This document shows, in pieces, positions 18,119 to 26,876 of a DNA stretch of 50,539 nucleotides. The notes under the pieces were generated by a model, which was given only the letters and a program-made list of their open reading frames with translations, ran no database searches and was not told where the DNA came from. Position 1 is the stretch's first letter. Each line of letters opens with the position of its first letter. The stretch spans positions 1 through 50,539 of the forward strand of contig JAGDAG010000202.1 of assembly GCA_017959625.1 (NCBI GenBank), written 5' to 3'. The translations under genes were made by a program, and so were the position numbers. The stretch comes from Abditibacteriota bacterium. Lineage in GTDB: Bacteria > Armatimonadota > UBA5829.

Positions 18119-19701
18119 TTGTCGTTCTCCCTTGCTTTTTTCTGCTCCATGAGCTGCGCCATCTCGTCCGCCCGCACCGGGACATAGCCCTCCGGGAGCG
18201 CCTCCAGGGCTTTGTATATCTCCCGGGGCCCCATGCTCCAGCTGAGGGCCATCACGCTTATGAACTGCCCCCGGGCATTGAGTATATCGCGGGTAAGGTC
18301 TTCCGTTTTGTTGGTGGCGATATCCCACCTGTTCTGGGTATGTATCACGGGAACGCCGCCGCAGAACTCCGCATACCGCTCCGCCGGAAGGGTCTCGTTG
18401 CGGCCGAAATCCGCCAGAACGGCTTTTACCCCGGAAAGCGCCGCATATCCCTCATAGGCTTCCTTCGGCAGAGGCGGGGCGAACCAGTGGTCCGTGTGCA
18501 CCGAGACCACGGAAAGGTCCAGGCGTTCCATATAGGCCTCCGTTTCCCGCAGGAACGTTTTCCGCGCCTCCGGGCCGCCAATGGCTCCGAGCATGGTGTA
18601 GCCCGCCCCGGACATGGCTGCAAAAAAGCAGTCCAGAGGCGAAGCGTTGGCGTAAAACCATTCCAGGATGCCGGGCATCAAATCCAGGGTGTTGGGCCCC
18701 AGGCACCAGTTCATGGGATATTTTCCATGCTCCTCCTGCAGCCAGTTTTTCCGCTGCAGCCTCTGCCAGAACCAGGGGCAGTCGCCGCTTTCGTACTGGG
18801 TGACCGCCACGTATTTTTGTTTTTCGTCATACGCCAGCCTGCGGGGCCCCTTCTGGCGCAGGGCCCCGGGAGCCGGTATCCCGCTGTGGACCGAAAGGTT
18901 GGGGGCCCAGTCGGAGACCACCGTGTATTTGCCGGAAGCGCCGGCCAGTTTCAGCCCTCCGTATTCCGTGACGCCTTCGTCGGTATCCCCCGCCTGCCAG
19001 AAGCCCAGCACGGGGATATTTGCGGGGAAATGCTTCAAAAGGGCCTGCATGAACGCTTCGTCCCCGGGGCCGCCGCCCCGTATGCCGCTTTTCGGGCTGC
19101 GGATCCAGAAGGTGAATATCCCGTGCTGTATGAGATAGTCTCTCAGCCAGGCGCCGGCAGCCGTGGGCTCCAGGGAGCATACCGCCCGGCGGGAAAGCCG
19201 GGAGCCGTATTTTTCCATGACCCAGGCGTACACCTCCGTGTCCCGGGAAAAACGGCCCCGCAGATCCAGCTTCACGGGGAGGCTCAGCCTTTCCGCAAGC
19301 TCCGGGGTGCACACCGCCAGCCGGTCAACAGACGCGGCGGCGCAGGCGGCGTTTACGGTGGAAGAAAGGTTCCGGTCCCACACCACGGCGCCCTTCAGCT
19401 CCTTTGCAAAGCGGCGGCAGAGGGCCCCGGGCTCGATGCGGACCACCTTTTTTATATATCCCTTTTTTATATAGAGTTCCGCCCATTCCTTTTCGAACCC
19501 CTCCTTCTCCCGCACAAGGTATATACGGGGCCGGGTCTGGGCAGTTATGCCCTGGAGACTGCTGAAAAACAGCTGTTCGTCAAAGGGAAGGCCGCTTATA
19601 TCCGCGCACCAAAGGACGTCCGCGGGGGGCGCGCCCTTTGGGCAGGCGGCAAAGCAGGGAAAACACAAAACCAGCAGAGCGGCATAAAGCAGGTATCTCA
19701 C
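18115..19701 (-). CDS. secreted lipoprotein, possibly GxGYxYP-type putative glycoside hydrolase
   Basis: 528 aa. GTG start with AAGGAG 8 nt upstream. Signal peptide with lipobox (LVLCFPCFAAC). Contains an AMSGAGYTMLG motif. The family assignment is tentative. Confidence 0.7.
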   Translation of the reverse strand: MRYLLYAALLVLCFPCFAACPKGAPPADVLWCADISGLPFDEQLFFSSLQGITAQTRPRIYLVREKEGFEKEWAELYIKKGYIKKVVRIEPGALCRRFAKELKGAVVWDRNLSSTVNAACAAASVDRLAVCTPELAERLSLPVKLDLRGRFSRDTEVYAWVMEKYGSRLSRRAVCSLEPTAAGAWLRDYLIQHGIFTFWIRSPKSGIRGGGPGDEAFMQALLKHFPANIPVLGFWQAGDTDEGVTEYGGLKLAGASGKYTVVSDWAPNLSVHSGIPAPGALRQKGPRRLAYDEKQKYVAVTQYESGDCPWFWQRLQRKNWLQEEHGKYPMNWCLGPNTLDLMPGILEWFYANASPLDCFFAAMSGAGYTMLGAIGGPEARKTFLRETEAYMERLDLSVVSVHTDHWFAPPLPKEAYEGYAALSGVKAVLADFGRNETLPAERYAEFCGGVPVIHTQNRWDIATNKTEDLTRDILNARGQFISVMALSWSMGPREIYKALEALPEGYVPVRADEMAQLMEQKKARENDK

Positions 19702-19747
19702 GGTATATGCTCCTTATTTTTTCCGGCGGCGCTGGGCCGCTATTTTT

Positions 19748-19756
19748 ATTATAGCA
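19748..19756 (-). promoter_or_regulatory. extended -10 promoter (TGCTATAAT) for the 19701 lipoprotein operon
   Basis: The minus strand reads TGCTATAAT about 47 nt upstream of the GTG start. It is part of a perfect 14-nt inverted repeat with 19809..19822. Confidence 0.55.
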
Positions 19757-19813
19757 GTTTTCCCCGGCGCATTTCACATTTCCGGCCGCCTTTCCCGCAG
19801 AGAGGCGAAAAAC

Positions 19814-19822
19814 TGCTATAAT
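19814..19822 (+). promoter_or_regulatory. extended -10 promoter (TGCTATAAT) for the rhodanese lipoprotein gene
   Basis: The plus strand reads TGCTATAAT 33 nt upstream of ATG 19855. Confidence 0.55.
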
Positions 19823-19854
19823 AGAATTATGACCACTACGGAGCGAAAGGAACC

Positions 19855-20640
19855 ATGACATGGAAAATATTGGCTGCCGCCCTTGCCGCGGCGGCGGTTT
19901 TTCTCGGGGGCTGCGGCCCTCAGATAAAGGACGGAGGGGATATGGGCTATAAGCAGATATCGCAGCAGGAGGCAGCAAGGATGATGGCCCGGAAGGACGG
20001 GCACGTTATCGTGGACGTGCGGCGGGAAGACGAATACAGGGAAGGGCATATACCCGGCGCCATACTCATCCCCAACGAGACCATCGCGGCGGAAGCGCCC
20101 CCGCAGCTGCCGGACAAAAAGCAGACGATCCTCGTCTACTGCCGCAGCGGCAACCGCTCGAAGCAGGCGGCAAAGAAGCTGGCGGCCATGGGCTACGCCA
20201 ACGTTTTTGAATTCGGGGGCATAAACGATTGGAAAGGCGAAGTGACCCCGCCGGAAGCCCTGCAGCCCGTCCCGGTACTGCTTATAGAAGCCGGGGAGAA
20301 AAGGTTTTACGCAAGCCTTGAAAAGAACCCGGCGGCGGACGCCTTTATAAAACTGCTGACCTCCGACCCCCTGACCCTGGAGATGGAGGACGCCGGCGGT
20401 TTTGAAAAAACGGCGGACCTGAGCCTCCCGTCGGAGGGCGGCCCGGCGGAGGCGGAGGCGGGAGACCTGCTGCTGAGGGACGGCGCCCTTGTTCTGAACT
20501 ACGGCGGAAAGCCGGAAGGAAAAACGGGGCAAAAAGCCGCGCGCCTGGCCCGTATAGACGGCGCGAAGGCAAAAGAGCTTGCCGAAGCCCTGGGAACGGG
20601 CAGCGTCGCGGTGCGCTTCTCGCTGGAATGGAGCGAATGA
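19855..20640 (+). CDS. lipoprotein with N-terminal rhodanese domain and C-terminal cyclophilin-like-fold domain
   Basis: 261 aa. Lipobox LGGC. Rhodanese segment (IVDVRREDEYREGHIPGAI, active-site loop YCRSGNRS). The C-terminal ~130 aa resemble the cyclophilin-like domain family (GDLLL..GALVLNYG, ARIDG...ALGTGSVAVRFS). Confidence 0.75.
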   Translation: MTWKILAAALAAAAVFLGGCGPQIKDGGDMGYKQISQQEAARMMARKDGHVIVDVRREDEYREGHIPGAILIPNETIAAEAPPQLPDKKQTILVYCRSGNRSKQAAKKLAAMGYANVFEFGGINDWKGEVTPPEALQPVPVLLIEAGEKRFYASLEKNPAADAFIKLLTSDPLTLEMEDAGGFEKTADLSLPSEGGPAEAEAGDLLLRDGALVLNYGGKPEGKTGQKAARLARIDGAKAKELAEALGTGSVAVRFSLEWSE

Positions 20641-20670
20641 CCCGAAAGCCGTAACGCGGTCATTAACAAA

Positions 20671-20706
20671 GCCCGCCCGGCGGAAAGCGCCGGGCGGGCG
20701 TGTTTT
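20671..20706. terminator. bidirectional intrinsic terminator between convergent genes
   Basis: GCCCGCCCGGCG-GAAAG-CGCCGGGCGGGC forms a 12-bp GC stem. It is flanked by AACAAA and GTGTTTTA. Confidence 0.8.
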
Positions 20707-20716
20707 ATCTCCGGGC

Positions 20717-23335
20717 TCACTGGTTCTGGTCCAGAGGGTGCTCAAAGGCGTGGGAGCCGCTGAAAAGGGTGTGCTTTTCTCCCAGCACGTTATATTCCGT
20801 TTCTATGCCCACGGGTATCTCCAGCACCACGTCCAGCACGTTTTCCGTATATTCCCACGAAACCTCTATCTCGCCGTAAACCGAGTGGTATTTGGCGGCT
20901 GCCCGGGTTATCCCCAGGCTGCGGGGAGGTATGCGGACCGTGAGCTTTCCCCTGTTGTAGTCCAGGCCGCCTATATGCTTGTAGAGCCAGGCGTCCACGC
21001 TGCCCAGCATAGGGTGCGAAAGCGAAGCGGCCCCTTTCCAGTCTTCCCAAAGGGTGGTGGCGTTGTTCTTCACCATATATCCGTAGGAAGGATAGTCGGT
21101 CTGCTTCAATATGGCCACCGCCAGGTCGTCCCTGCCTATTTTGCTCAGGGCGTCAAACAGATATCTGGTGCCGGTTATGCCGGTGTTCAGGTGCCGGGCG
21201 TGCCTTTCTATATCCTCCACCAGGGCCTTTTCCACAGTCTCTCTCATTTCCCGGGGGGGAAGGTCGAAGCATACTGCCATGGCAAGGCTGGTCATGCTGT
21301 CGTCGAAATACCGGCCGTCCCTGCGAAGATATTTGCTGTTGATGGCTTCGCGCACGTTTTCCGCCAGCCTTATATACTCCGTCTGGTCGTTGCCCGTCAG
21401 GCCGCAGAACTCCGTCATGAGCATAAGAAGCCTGTAAAAGAACACGTTGTTCATAAACAGACCGTCTGTATTGTTGCAGTGGGAGGCGTTTTCCTCCGTT
21501 CCTTCCGGAGGCACGTCCAGCCAGTCTCCCAGAGGGCGCACCCCTTCGCTGAACAGATATGAATTCAGGAAAGAAGAAGCGTAGCTTATATAGCGTTCCA
21601 GGTTGGGATAAAACTTTCTTATCACCTCTTCGTCTTCGTAATAGGAAAGCAGCCGGTTGGCTATCACCAGCATGGCGCCGCTCCACTGCACGTCGAACAG
21701 GCTCCCCTCGCTCACCGCCCAGTCGCAGTTGGGCACTATGGGGGAGGTGTTCCCGGAGGGATACTGGTCGTCGCACATGTCCGTAAGCCATTTTTTATAC
21801 GCGTTCTGCATATCGAAGTTCAATATGCCGTATTCGCTGGCCAGCCAGCCGTCGCAGGTCCAGCCGTTCTTCTCCCTTTGGGGACAGTCGGTGGGAATGG
21901 AATGAAAGTTGTTTCTGAAGGTCCTTATGGCAAGACGGTGTATGCTGTTGAAAAGCTCCTCCGAGCATTCAAAATCCCCCGCCGGCTTCAGGTCCGTGGC
22001 CACGGAGACGCCGGTGATATCCGACGCTTCGGGCAGATAGCCCAGCCCTTTGATGATCACATACTGAAAACCGTTATAGGAGAACCTGGGCTCGCAGGTA
22101 TCGATGCCTCCGGACAGTATCACGTCAAAAACCTGGAACGGCCCGTCCACGAAGCCGTCAAGAGACACGTCGGGGGATATGGACATGGGCCATTCCGCGC
22201 GGCAGCGTTCCGCAAAACTGACAGACACCCTGCGCCCCGCCTCGCCTTTCATCTGGAGCCGGGCCCAGCCGGTGATGTTCTCCGGGAACCTCACCACGCA
22301 CTCTTCTTCGTTTCCGGATACGGAAACGGGGCTTATCCTGTCCAGCTTCTTTATGGGTGGAACGGTCTGAATGGTTATGCGGGGGACGGAAAAATCCTCC
22401 AGCTCGCAGGCGTTCTGCCAATCCTCCGCCGGCTCCATATATCCGAGGCCGTAATTATGGCAGCGCATATCGTGGAGCTCCCCGCTTCTCACGTTCTGAA
22501 ATTTGATAAAGCTCTCGTGCATCCTGAAGCCGCTGTCGGAAACGAAGGTCTCCCGCCTGCCGTTGGCATACACCACGTCCGCCAGCAGGATAAACTTGGG
22601 CCTGCGGCGCCAGCGGGCGTTGTGAAAGCCCCACACGTCCGGCACGGAGCTGTTGTAAAAACCGTTTCCCAGCAGCACGGCGATACGGTTCCGGCTGCCG
22701 GCCTTGCCCAAAAGGTCGGTGATGTCGTAAGAAGCGTAAAGAGCCCGCCTGTCATACACAGTGAAGGCGGGGTCCAGCACCCTGTCTCCCAGCTTTCTGC
22801 CGTTGACAGCCAGCTCGTAATAGCCCAGGGCGCAGATATTCAGCTGGGCGAAAACCACGTTCCTTCCGCAGTTGATATCCTTCACAAACAAATAAGCGGC
22901 GTCGCCGCCGTCTTCCGGAAACGAACGGTTTTTGCCCTCTTTGTGATAAACGGCGCCTTTTTCCACGGCGTCGTCCTCCCGGAAGCAAAGCCATTTTGCG
23001 TCTCCGAAGGAAGCCCTGCCGTCAAAAAGCCCCGTGGTGAACACTATGCTGCTTCTTGCCGTGGCGTCATAGCTGTCGCTGATATAAAGCACCAGGTTGT
23101 ATTTGTTTCTTTCCGTCAGCAGCGGGCAGGAGCACTGCATGGAAAAATCGCAGTGGGTGGAATAGTTCTCCCATACCACCTGCCCCGACAGATAATCGTG
23201 GATAAAGACCTTTACGGTTTTCAGATACACGTCCATCCGGTCGGAAACCACCTCCCAGCTGAGAACGAAAGAGCTGCCGTCAAGGCCCACAGGCTCGGAA
23301 AGGCCGTTTATGCGTATGTTGGTGATATTGAACAT
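20717..23335 (-). CDS. alpha-L-rhamnosidase, glycoside hydrolase family 78
   Basis: 872 aa. Has the GH78 signature IPTDCPQREKNGWTCDGW. N-terminal beta-sandwich region and C-terminal six-hairpin region. No signal peptide. Confidence 0.85.
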   Translation of the reverse strand: MFNITNIRINGLSEPVGLDGSSFVLSWEVVSDRMDVYLKTVKVFIHDYLSGQVVWENYSTHCDFSMQCSCPLLTERNKYNLVLYISDSYDATARSSIVFTTGLFDGRASFGDAKWLCFREDDAVEKGAVYHKEGKNRSFPEDGGDAAYLFVKDINCGRNVVFAQLNICALGYYELAVNGRKLGDRVLDPAFTVYDRRALYASYDITDLLGKAGSRNRIAVLLGNGFYNSSVPDVWGFHNARWRRRPKFILLADVVYANGRRETFVSDSGFRMHESFIKFQNVRSGELHDMRCHNYGLGYMEPAEDWQNACELEDFSVPRITIQTVPPIKKLDRISPVSVSGNEEECVVRFPENITGWARLQMKGEAGRRVSVSFAERCRAEWPMSISPDVSLDGFVDGPFQVFDVILSGGIDTCEPRFSYNGFQYVIIKGLGYLPEASDITGVSVATDLKPAGDFECSEELFNSIHRLAIRTFRNNFHSIPTDCPQREKNGWTCDGWLASEYGILNFDMQNAYKKWLTDMCDDQYPSGNTSPIVPNCDWAVSEGSLFDVQWSGAMLVIANRLLSYYEDEEVIRKFYPNLERYISYASSFLNSYLFSEGVRPLGDWLDVPPEGTEENASHCNNTDGLFMNNVFFYRLLMLMTEFCGLTGNDQTEYIRLAENVREAINSKYLRRDGRYFDDSMTSLAMAVCFDLPPREMRETVEKALVEDIERHARHLNTGITGTRYLFDALSKIGRDDLAVAILKQTDYPSYGYMVKNNATTLWEDWKGAASLSHPMLGSVDAWLYKHIGGLDYNRGKLTVRIPPRSLGITRAAAKYHSVYGEIEVSWEYTENVLDVVLEIPVGIETEYNVLGEKHTLFSGSHAFEHPLDQNQ

Positions 23336-23337
23336 GG

Positions 23338-24141
23338 CTATAATTCCTTATCGTAAAAGCTGCCCTTTTCCAGAGAAAGCCATATACGCAGGCAGGTAGC
23401 CATAGCCCCCACGGCCACTCCGAAGGCGATGGCCCGCTGCACGGCCATATTGGGAGACGTAAGGAGCCAGTAGCCCAGTTTTTCCACCCGGAAGGCGCTC
23501 AGGACGCCCGTCTCGGGAAGAAAACCGGTGACCACGGACCCCAGGGGGATCACAGCCAGCATGATCACGGCTGTGGAAAGCAGCAAAAGGCCGGTCTCCA
23601 TGCTTTTGATGCGGAAAGCCCTGTAGGAAGCAGACACTATATAAAACGCCACCAAAGAAAACATGGCAGCCTGCATGGATACGTAAATGCCCGAAAAAAT
23701 GATGTCGAATATCTGCTCGCAGCCCTTTATGCCGGCATCCATAAGAAAGCCGCAGATAAGGATGCCGAAAAAGCCTGCAAAAAAGCCGATGCCGTTTATG
23801 CGCTCGGAGCGGTCGAAAACCACCTTTTTGCCCTGTATAAGAAACAGGGAGCCCAGCCCCAGGAGCACCGTGAAACACCCGGTCACCAGCTGGAAGTTGG
23901 CCACCCGGGGCATAGCGTGGGTAAAAACGTTGTCATGGGGTATCAGAAACTCCAGCGAGAGATAAAGGCCCGCCACAAAGGTCACCGCCGCCACAACGGG
24001 CTTCCGCGCCTTTTTGGGCACCCTGGTAAGGAGAAAAAGCCCCAGGATGCCCGCAAGAAGAGCGGAAAATATATACGCCCACAGGATAAGGCCGTTCCGG
24101 GGCGTAACTATAAAGGCATATACGTCGGCAAAGGTCATCAC
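23338..24141 (-). CDS. integral membrane protein, function unknown (about 7 TM segments)
   Basis: 267 aa with repeated hydrophobic stretches. 4-nt overlap with the upstream cyclophilin gene. Confidence 0.7.
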   Translation of the reverse strand: MMTFADVYAFIVTPRNGLILWAYIFSALLAGILGLFLLTRVPKKARKPVVAAVTFVAGLYLSLEFLIPHDNVFTHAMPRVANFQLVTGCFTVLLGLGSLFLIQGKKVVFDRSERINGIGFFAGFFGILICGFLMDAGIKGCEQIFDIIFSGIYVSMQAAMFSLVAFYIVSASYRAFRIKSMETGLLLLSTAVIMLAVIPLGSVVTGFLPETGVLSAFRVEKLGYWLLTSPNMAVQRAIAFGVAVGAMATCLRIWLSLEKGSFYDKEL

Positions 24142-24863
24142 TCTTCAAGCTTGCCGGGGAGACTTTCGCTCATCTTTTTCATCATTTCCGTTTCTCTCAT
24201 AGCGTCCGCCTTCATCTGGAACTGTGTAAACAGAGCGTAGTCCTCCTTTGCCTGCTTGAACACCGCTACCAGGGCTTCCGCATCCTCGGCGGTCTTCCCG
24301 CGCACGGAGCTTTTGATGATGCTGTCTTCGCCGGTGAGTCCGTCCACCACGTCCTGCCCCTTCACTACGTATCCGAATATGGTGTAAGAGTCCAGTACGG
24401 AAAAAGACGGCTCTCTGATAATGAATACGGAGGAGGTGCCGCTGTCCGGGCTCTTTCTGTGGGCCAGCCCCACGGCATAATTGCCGGAAAGCAGGTTGTT
24501 GGCAGTTTCGTAATGCAAAGGCTCCAGCTCTGCGGGAAGCTCGTCAAACTGCACCAGCCAGTCCGAGGCCGTGACCACGGGGATATCCTTGAACTGGTCC
24601 TTCTTTGCCAAAGCCAGCATACGCTTTGAGGCGTTGGGGATATCCTTCCGCAGCACCGCGATCTCTATATTGCCGCCGGTAGTCTCCAGCACGATCACGT
24701 TGTTGAAAACGAGGGTCGCATCCAGCAGCTTGGGGCCGTGTTCGTTGGAGTGCCCGGTATCCATGGGCTTTTCTTCGCCCTTCATGGAGTTGGATACGCT
24801 GTTGAACAGCGCCACCAGTCCTATAACAAGGATCACAACTATCAAAGAGATGTATTTTTTCAT
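24138..24863 (-). CDS. membrane-anchored peptidyl-prolyl cis-trans isomerase, cyclophilin type
   Basis: 241 aa. Has an N-terminal TM anchor (ISLIVVILVIGLVALF). Cyclophilin-like core (GNIEIAV, FIIREPSFSVLDSYTIFGYVVKGQDVVD). Confidence 0.72.
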   Translation of the reverse strand: MKKYISLIVVILVIGLVALFNSVSNSMKGEEKPMDTGHSNEHGPKLLDATLVFNNVIVLETTGGNIEIAVLRKDIPNASKRMLALAKKDQFKDIPVVTASDWLVQFDELPAELEPLHYETANNLLSGNYAVGLAHRKSPDSGTSSVFIIREPSFSVLDSYTIFGYVVKGQDVVDGLTGEDSIIKSSVRGKTAEDAEALVAVFKQAKEDYALFTQFQMKADAMRETEMMKKMSESLPGKLEE

Positions 24864-25405
24864 TATTTCACCTGATGCATTTTATAAAAATCATTTCCAA
24901 AAACGTCGATCAATACCGCCAGGGGCATATCCCGCACCGCAAGGCGCCTCACCGCTTCGCAGCCCAGGTCCTCATAGCACACCACCGAGCATTCCGTCAC
25001 ACAGCGGGCAAGAAGAGCGGCGGCTCCGCCGGTGGCGCCGAGATAAACGGCGCCGTATTTCATGCACGCCTCCCGCACTTCTTCGCTGCGGAGCCCCTTG
25101 CCTATCATGCCCCGGAGGCCCCGTTCCAGGAGAGCCGGCGTCCATACGTCCATACGCCCCGCAGTGGTGGGGCCTGCCGACCCGATCACCCTGCCGGGCA
25201 TGGCGGGGGTGGGGCCCGCATAGTAGATCACCTGCCCCTCAAGCTCCACGGGAAGAGGCCTGCCGGCTTTTATAAGCTCCGCAAATCTGGCGTGGGCGGC
25301 GTCCCGGGCCGTATATACCGTGCCGGAAAGCAGCACCCGGTCTCCCGCCTCAAGAGAGCGGCAGGCTTCCGGAGAAAGGGGAGAGGTTATCCGGACAGTC
25401 TTCAT
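24863..25405 (-). CDS. class I (Fe-S) fumarate hydratase / tartrate dehydratase, beta subunit
   Basis: Starts at the internal MKTVRITSPLS...GTVYTARDAAHARF...GPTTAGRMD...GKG of track ORF 24863..26050. ATG 25405 overlaps the alpha-subunit stop (TGATG). Confidence 0.85.
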   Translation of the reverse strand: MKTVRITSPLSPEACRSLEAGDRVLLSGTVYTARDAAHARFAELIKAGRPLPVELEGQVIYYAGPTPAMPGRVIGSAGPTTAGRMDVWTPALLERGLRGMIGKGLRSEEVREACMKYGAVYLGATGGAAALLARCVTECSVVCYEDLGCEAVRRLAVRDMPLAVLIDVFGNDFYKMHQVK

Positions 25406-26247
25406 CACAGCACCGCCTCCGCATGCCTTGCGGCATGGCACTGAAAGGTGACGGCTACCGGCAGGGACGCTATGTGGCAGGGGATGCTTTTCACGAACAC
25501 CCCCAGGCAGGTGGTCCTGCCGCCGTAGCCGGCGGGCCCTATGTTCAGGCTGTTCACCTCGCGCAGGATATCCTGTTCCAGCGCCGCATCCTCCGGGACG
25601 GGATTTTCGGAACCCAGCCGCCGCAGAAGGGCTTTTTTGGAACAAAGAGCGGCAGCCTCGATGGTGCCTCCCAGGCCTATGCCCAGTATTATGGGAGGAC
25701 AGGGGTTCGCCCCCGCCGACCGGACGCATTCCTTCACGTGGTCTATAACGCCCTGCCGCCCCGCGGCGGGGGGGAACACCTTTACCGAGCTCATATTTTC
25801 GCTGCCACCGCCCTTGGGCGCCACGGTGATCTTTATATGCTCTCCTTCCGTAAGAGACATATGCACCACGGGGGGAGTGTTGTCGCCGGTGTTCTCTCTG
25901 CAGAGGGGATGCTTTGCCACCGACTTCCGCAGATATCCGTCTCCGTAGCCCCTTCGGACGCCCTCGCAGACGGCGTCCCGGATATCGAAATCCAAAACGG
26001 CCTCCCGGCCTATCTCCAGAAAAACGATGGCAAGCCCGGTATCCTGACAAACGGGGACGCCTTCTTCGGCGGCGATGCGGGCGTTTTCCGCCAGCTCCTC
26101 CAGCACGCAGCGGGCAAGAGACCCTTCGGCCTCCCTCTCCCGGGCTGCGAGGAGGGCGTCATATACGTCCTCCGGCAGACAGGTGCAGGCCTTTATGCAA
26201 AGTGCCGCTACGGTCTCCGTAAAGGCTTCCTTGTCTATATGCCTCAT
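25405..26247 (-). CDS. class I (Fe-S) fumarate hydratase / tartrate dehydratase, alpha subunit
   Basis: Contains CQDTG, APKGGGSEN and Cys ligand regions. I prefer Met9 (MRHIDKE, ATG 26247) because it overlaps the upstream stop as ATGA. The track start is 26271. Confidence 0.85.
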   Translation of the reverse strand: MRHIDKEAFTETVAALCIKACTCLPEDVYDALLAAREREAEGSLARCVLEELAENARIAAEEGVPVCQDTGLAIVFLEIGREAVLDFDIRDAVCEGVRRGYGDGYLRKSVAKHPLCRENTGDNTPPVVHMSLTEGEHIKITVAPKGGGSENMSSVKVFPPAAGRQGVIDHVKECVRSAGANPCPPIILGIGLGGTIEAAALCSKKALLRRLGSENPVPEDAALEQDILREVNSLNIGPAGYGGRTTCLGVFVKSIPCHIASLPVAVTFQCHAARHAEAVL

Positions 26248-26876
26248 TCCTTGTTCCGGTTCTTTCTCCATTCAAAAAACTGATAGCAGAGGAGAGCCGG
26301 AGGAAGCTCCATGGAATTGCCCAGCTTGTCGAAGACCCTGGAAAGACAGCGTTCGTGAAGCTGGTTTTTGTTGTTTTCATAGTCGAAATGGTCCAGCCCC
26401 TCGTTGATGAAGCCGAAAGCGGTAAGCATAAACTCTGCCTTTGTGGTGTTGAAGCCTCTGTTTTCGCACTTTGCAAAGCCGCGGGTGCATTTTTCTCCCA
26501 CGTTTTCCCAATAGGCGTCGATCTTCCGCTGGGCGGCCCTGGCCTCGGAGGAACTGGTCACGGCCCTTTTGGCGATCTCGGCGATCTCCTTTATCCTTTT
26601 ATACTCTTCCAGGGAAGAACCTTCCACTATCTCCAGGGTGGTCTCCTCGCCGATAGCGTCGGACAGGCAGCGCTCGATAAGGGGCTGCACCGCCGCCGCT
26701 CTCAGATAACCGGCCTTGGGCAGATCCTGGGAGGCAAAGCCCACAATAAAATTACCCGGTTCTTCGTCTATGGGGACTGCCGCTTCCAGGGCAACGAACA
26801 CAGACGGAGACATGACGTTATCCTTGACCGTTTCTATTACGTCGGCCCAGATAGCTTTTGCTTTTTCGTTACTCAT
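26244..26876 (-). CDS. hypothetical protein with DnaA-domain-I-like N-terminus
   Basis: About 210 aa from MSNEKAKAIWADVIETVKDNVMSPSVFVALEAAVPIDEEPGNFIVGFASQDLPKAGYLRAAAVQPLIERCLSDAIGEETTLEIV. The pattern W..v...v......F......P.......l.v..p..f....l.....ie..l....GEE..l.iV parallels DnaA N-terminal domain I. There is no AAA+ or DNA-binding domain, and the C-terminal ~120 aa are unknown. Confidence 0.45.
   Translation of the reverse strand: MSNEKAKAIWADVIETVKDNVMSPSVFVALEAAVPIDEEPGNFIVGFASQDLPKAGYLRAAAVQPLIERCLSDAIGEETTLEIVEGSSLEEYKRIKEIAEIAKRAVTSSSEARAAQRKIDAYWENVGEKCTRGFAKCENRGFNTTKAEFMLTAFGFINEGLDHFDYENNKNQLHERCLSRVFDKLGNSMELPPALLCYQFFEWRKNRNKE

Noticed and set aside
25721-25740. TTCACGTGG and other CGTGAAACA half-sites (for example near 9471 and 23871) considered as extra parS sites
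   Set aside because: Only half of the palindrome is present, with 8 or fewer central matches. All lie inside coding sequence.
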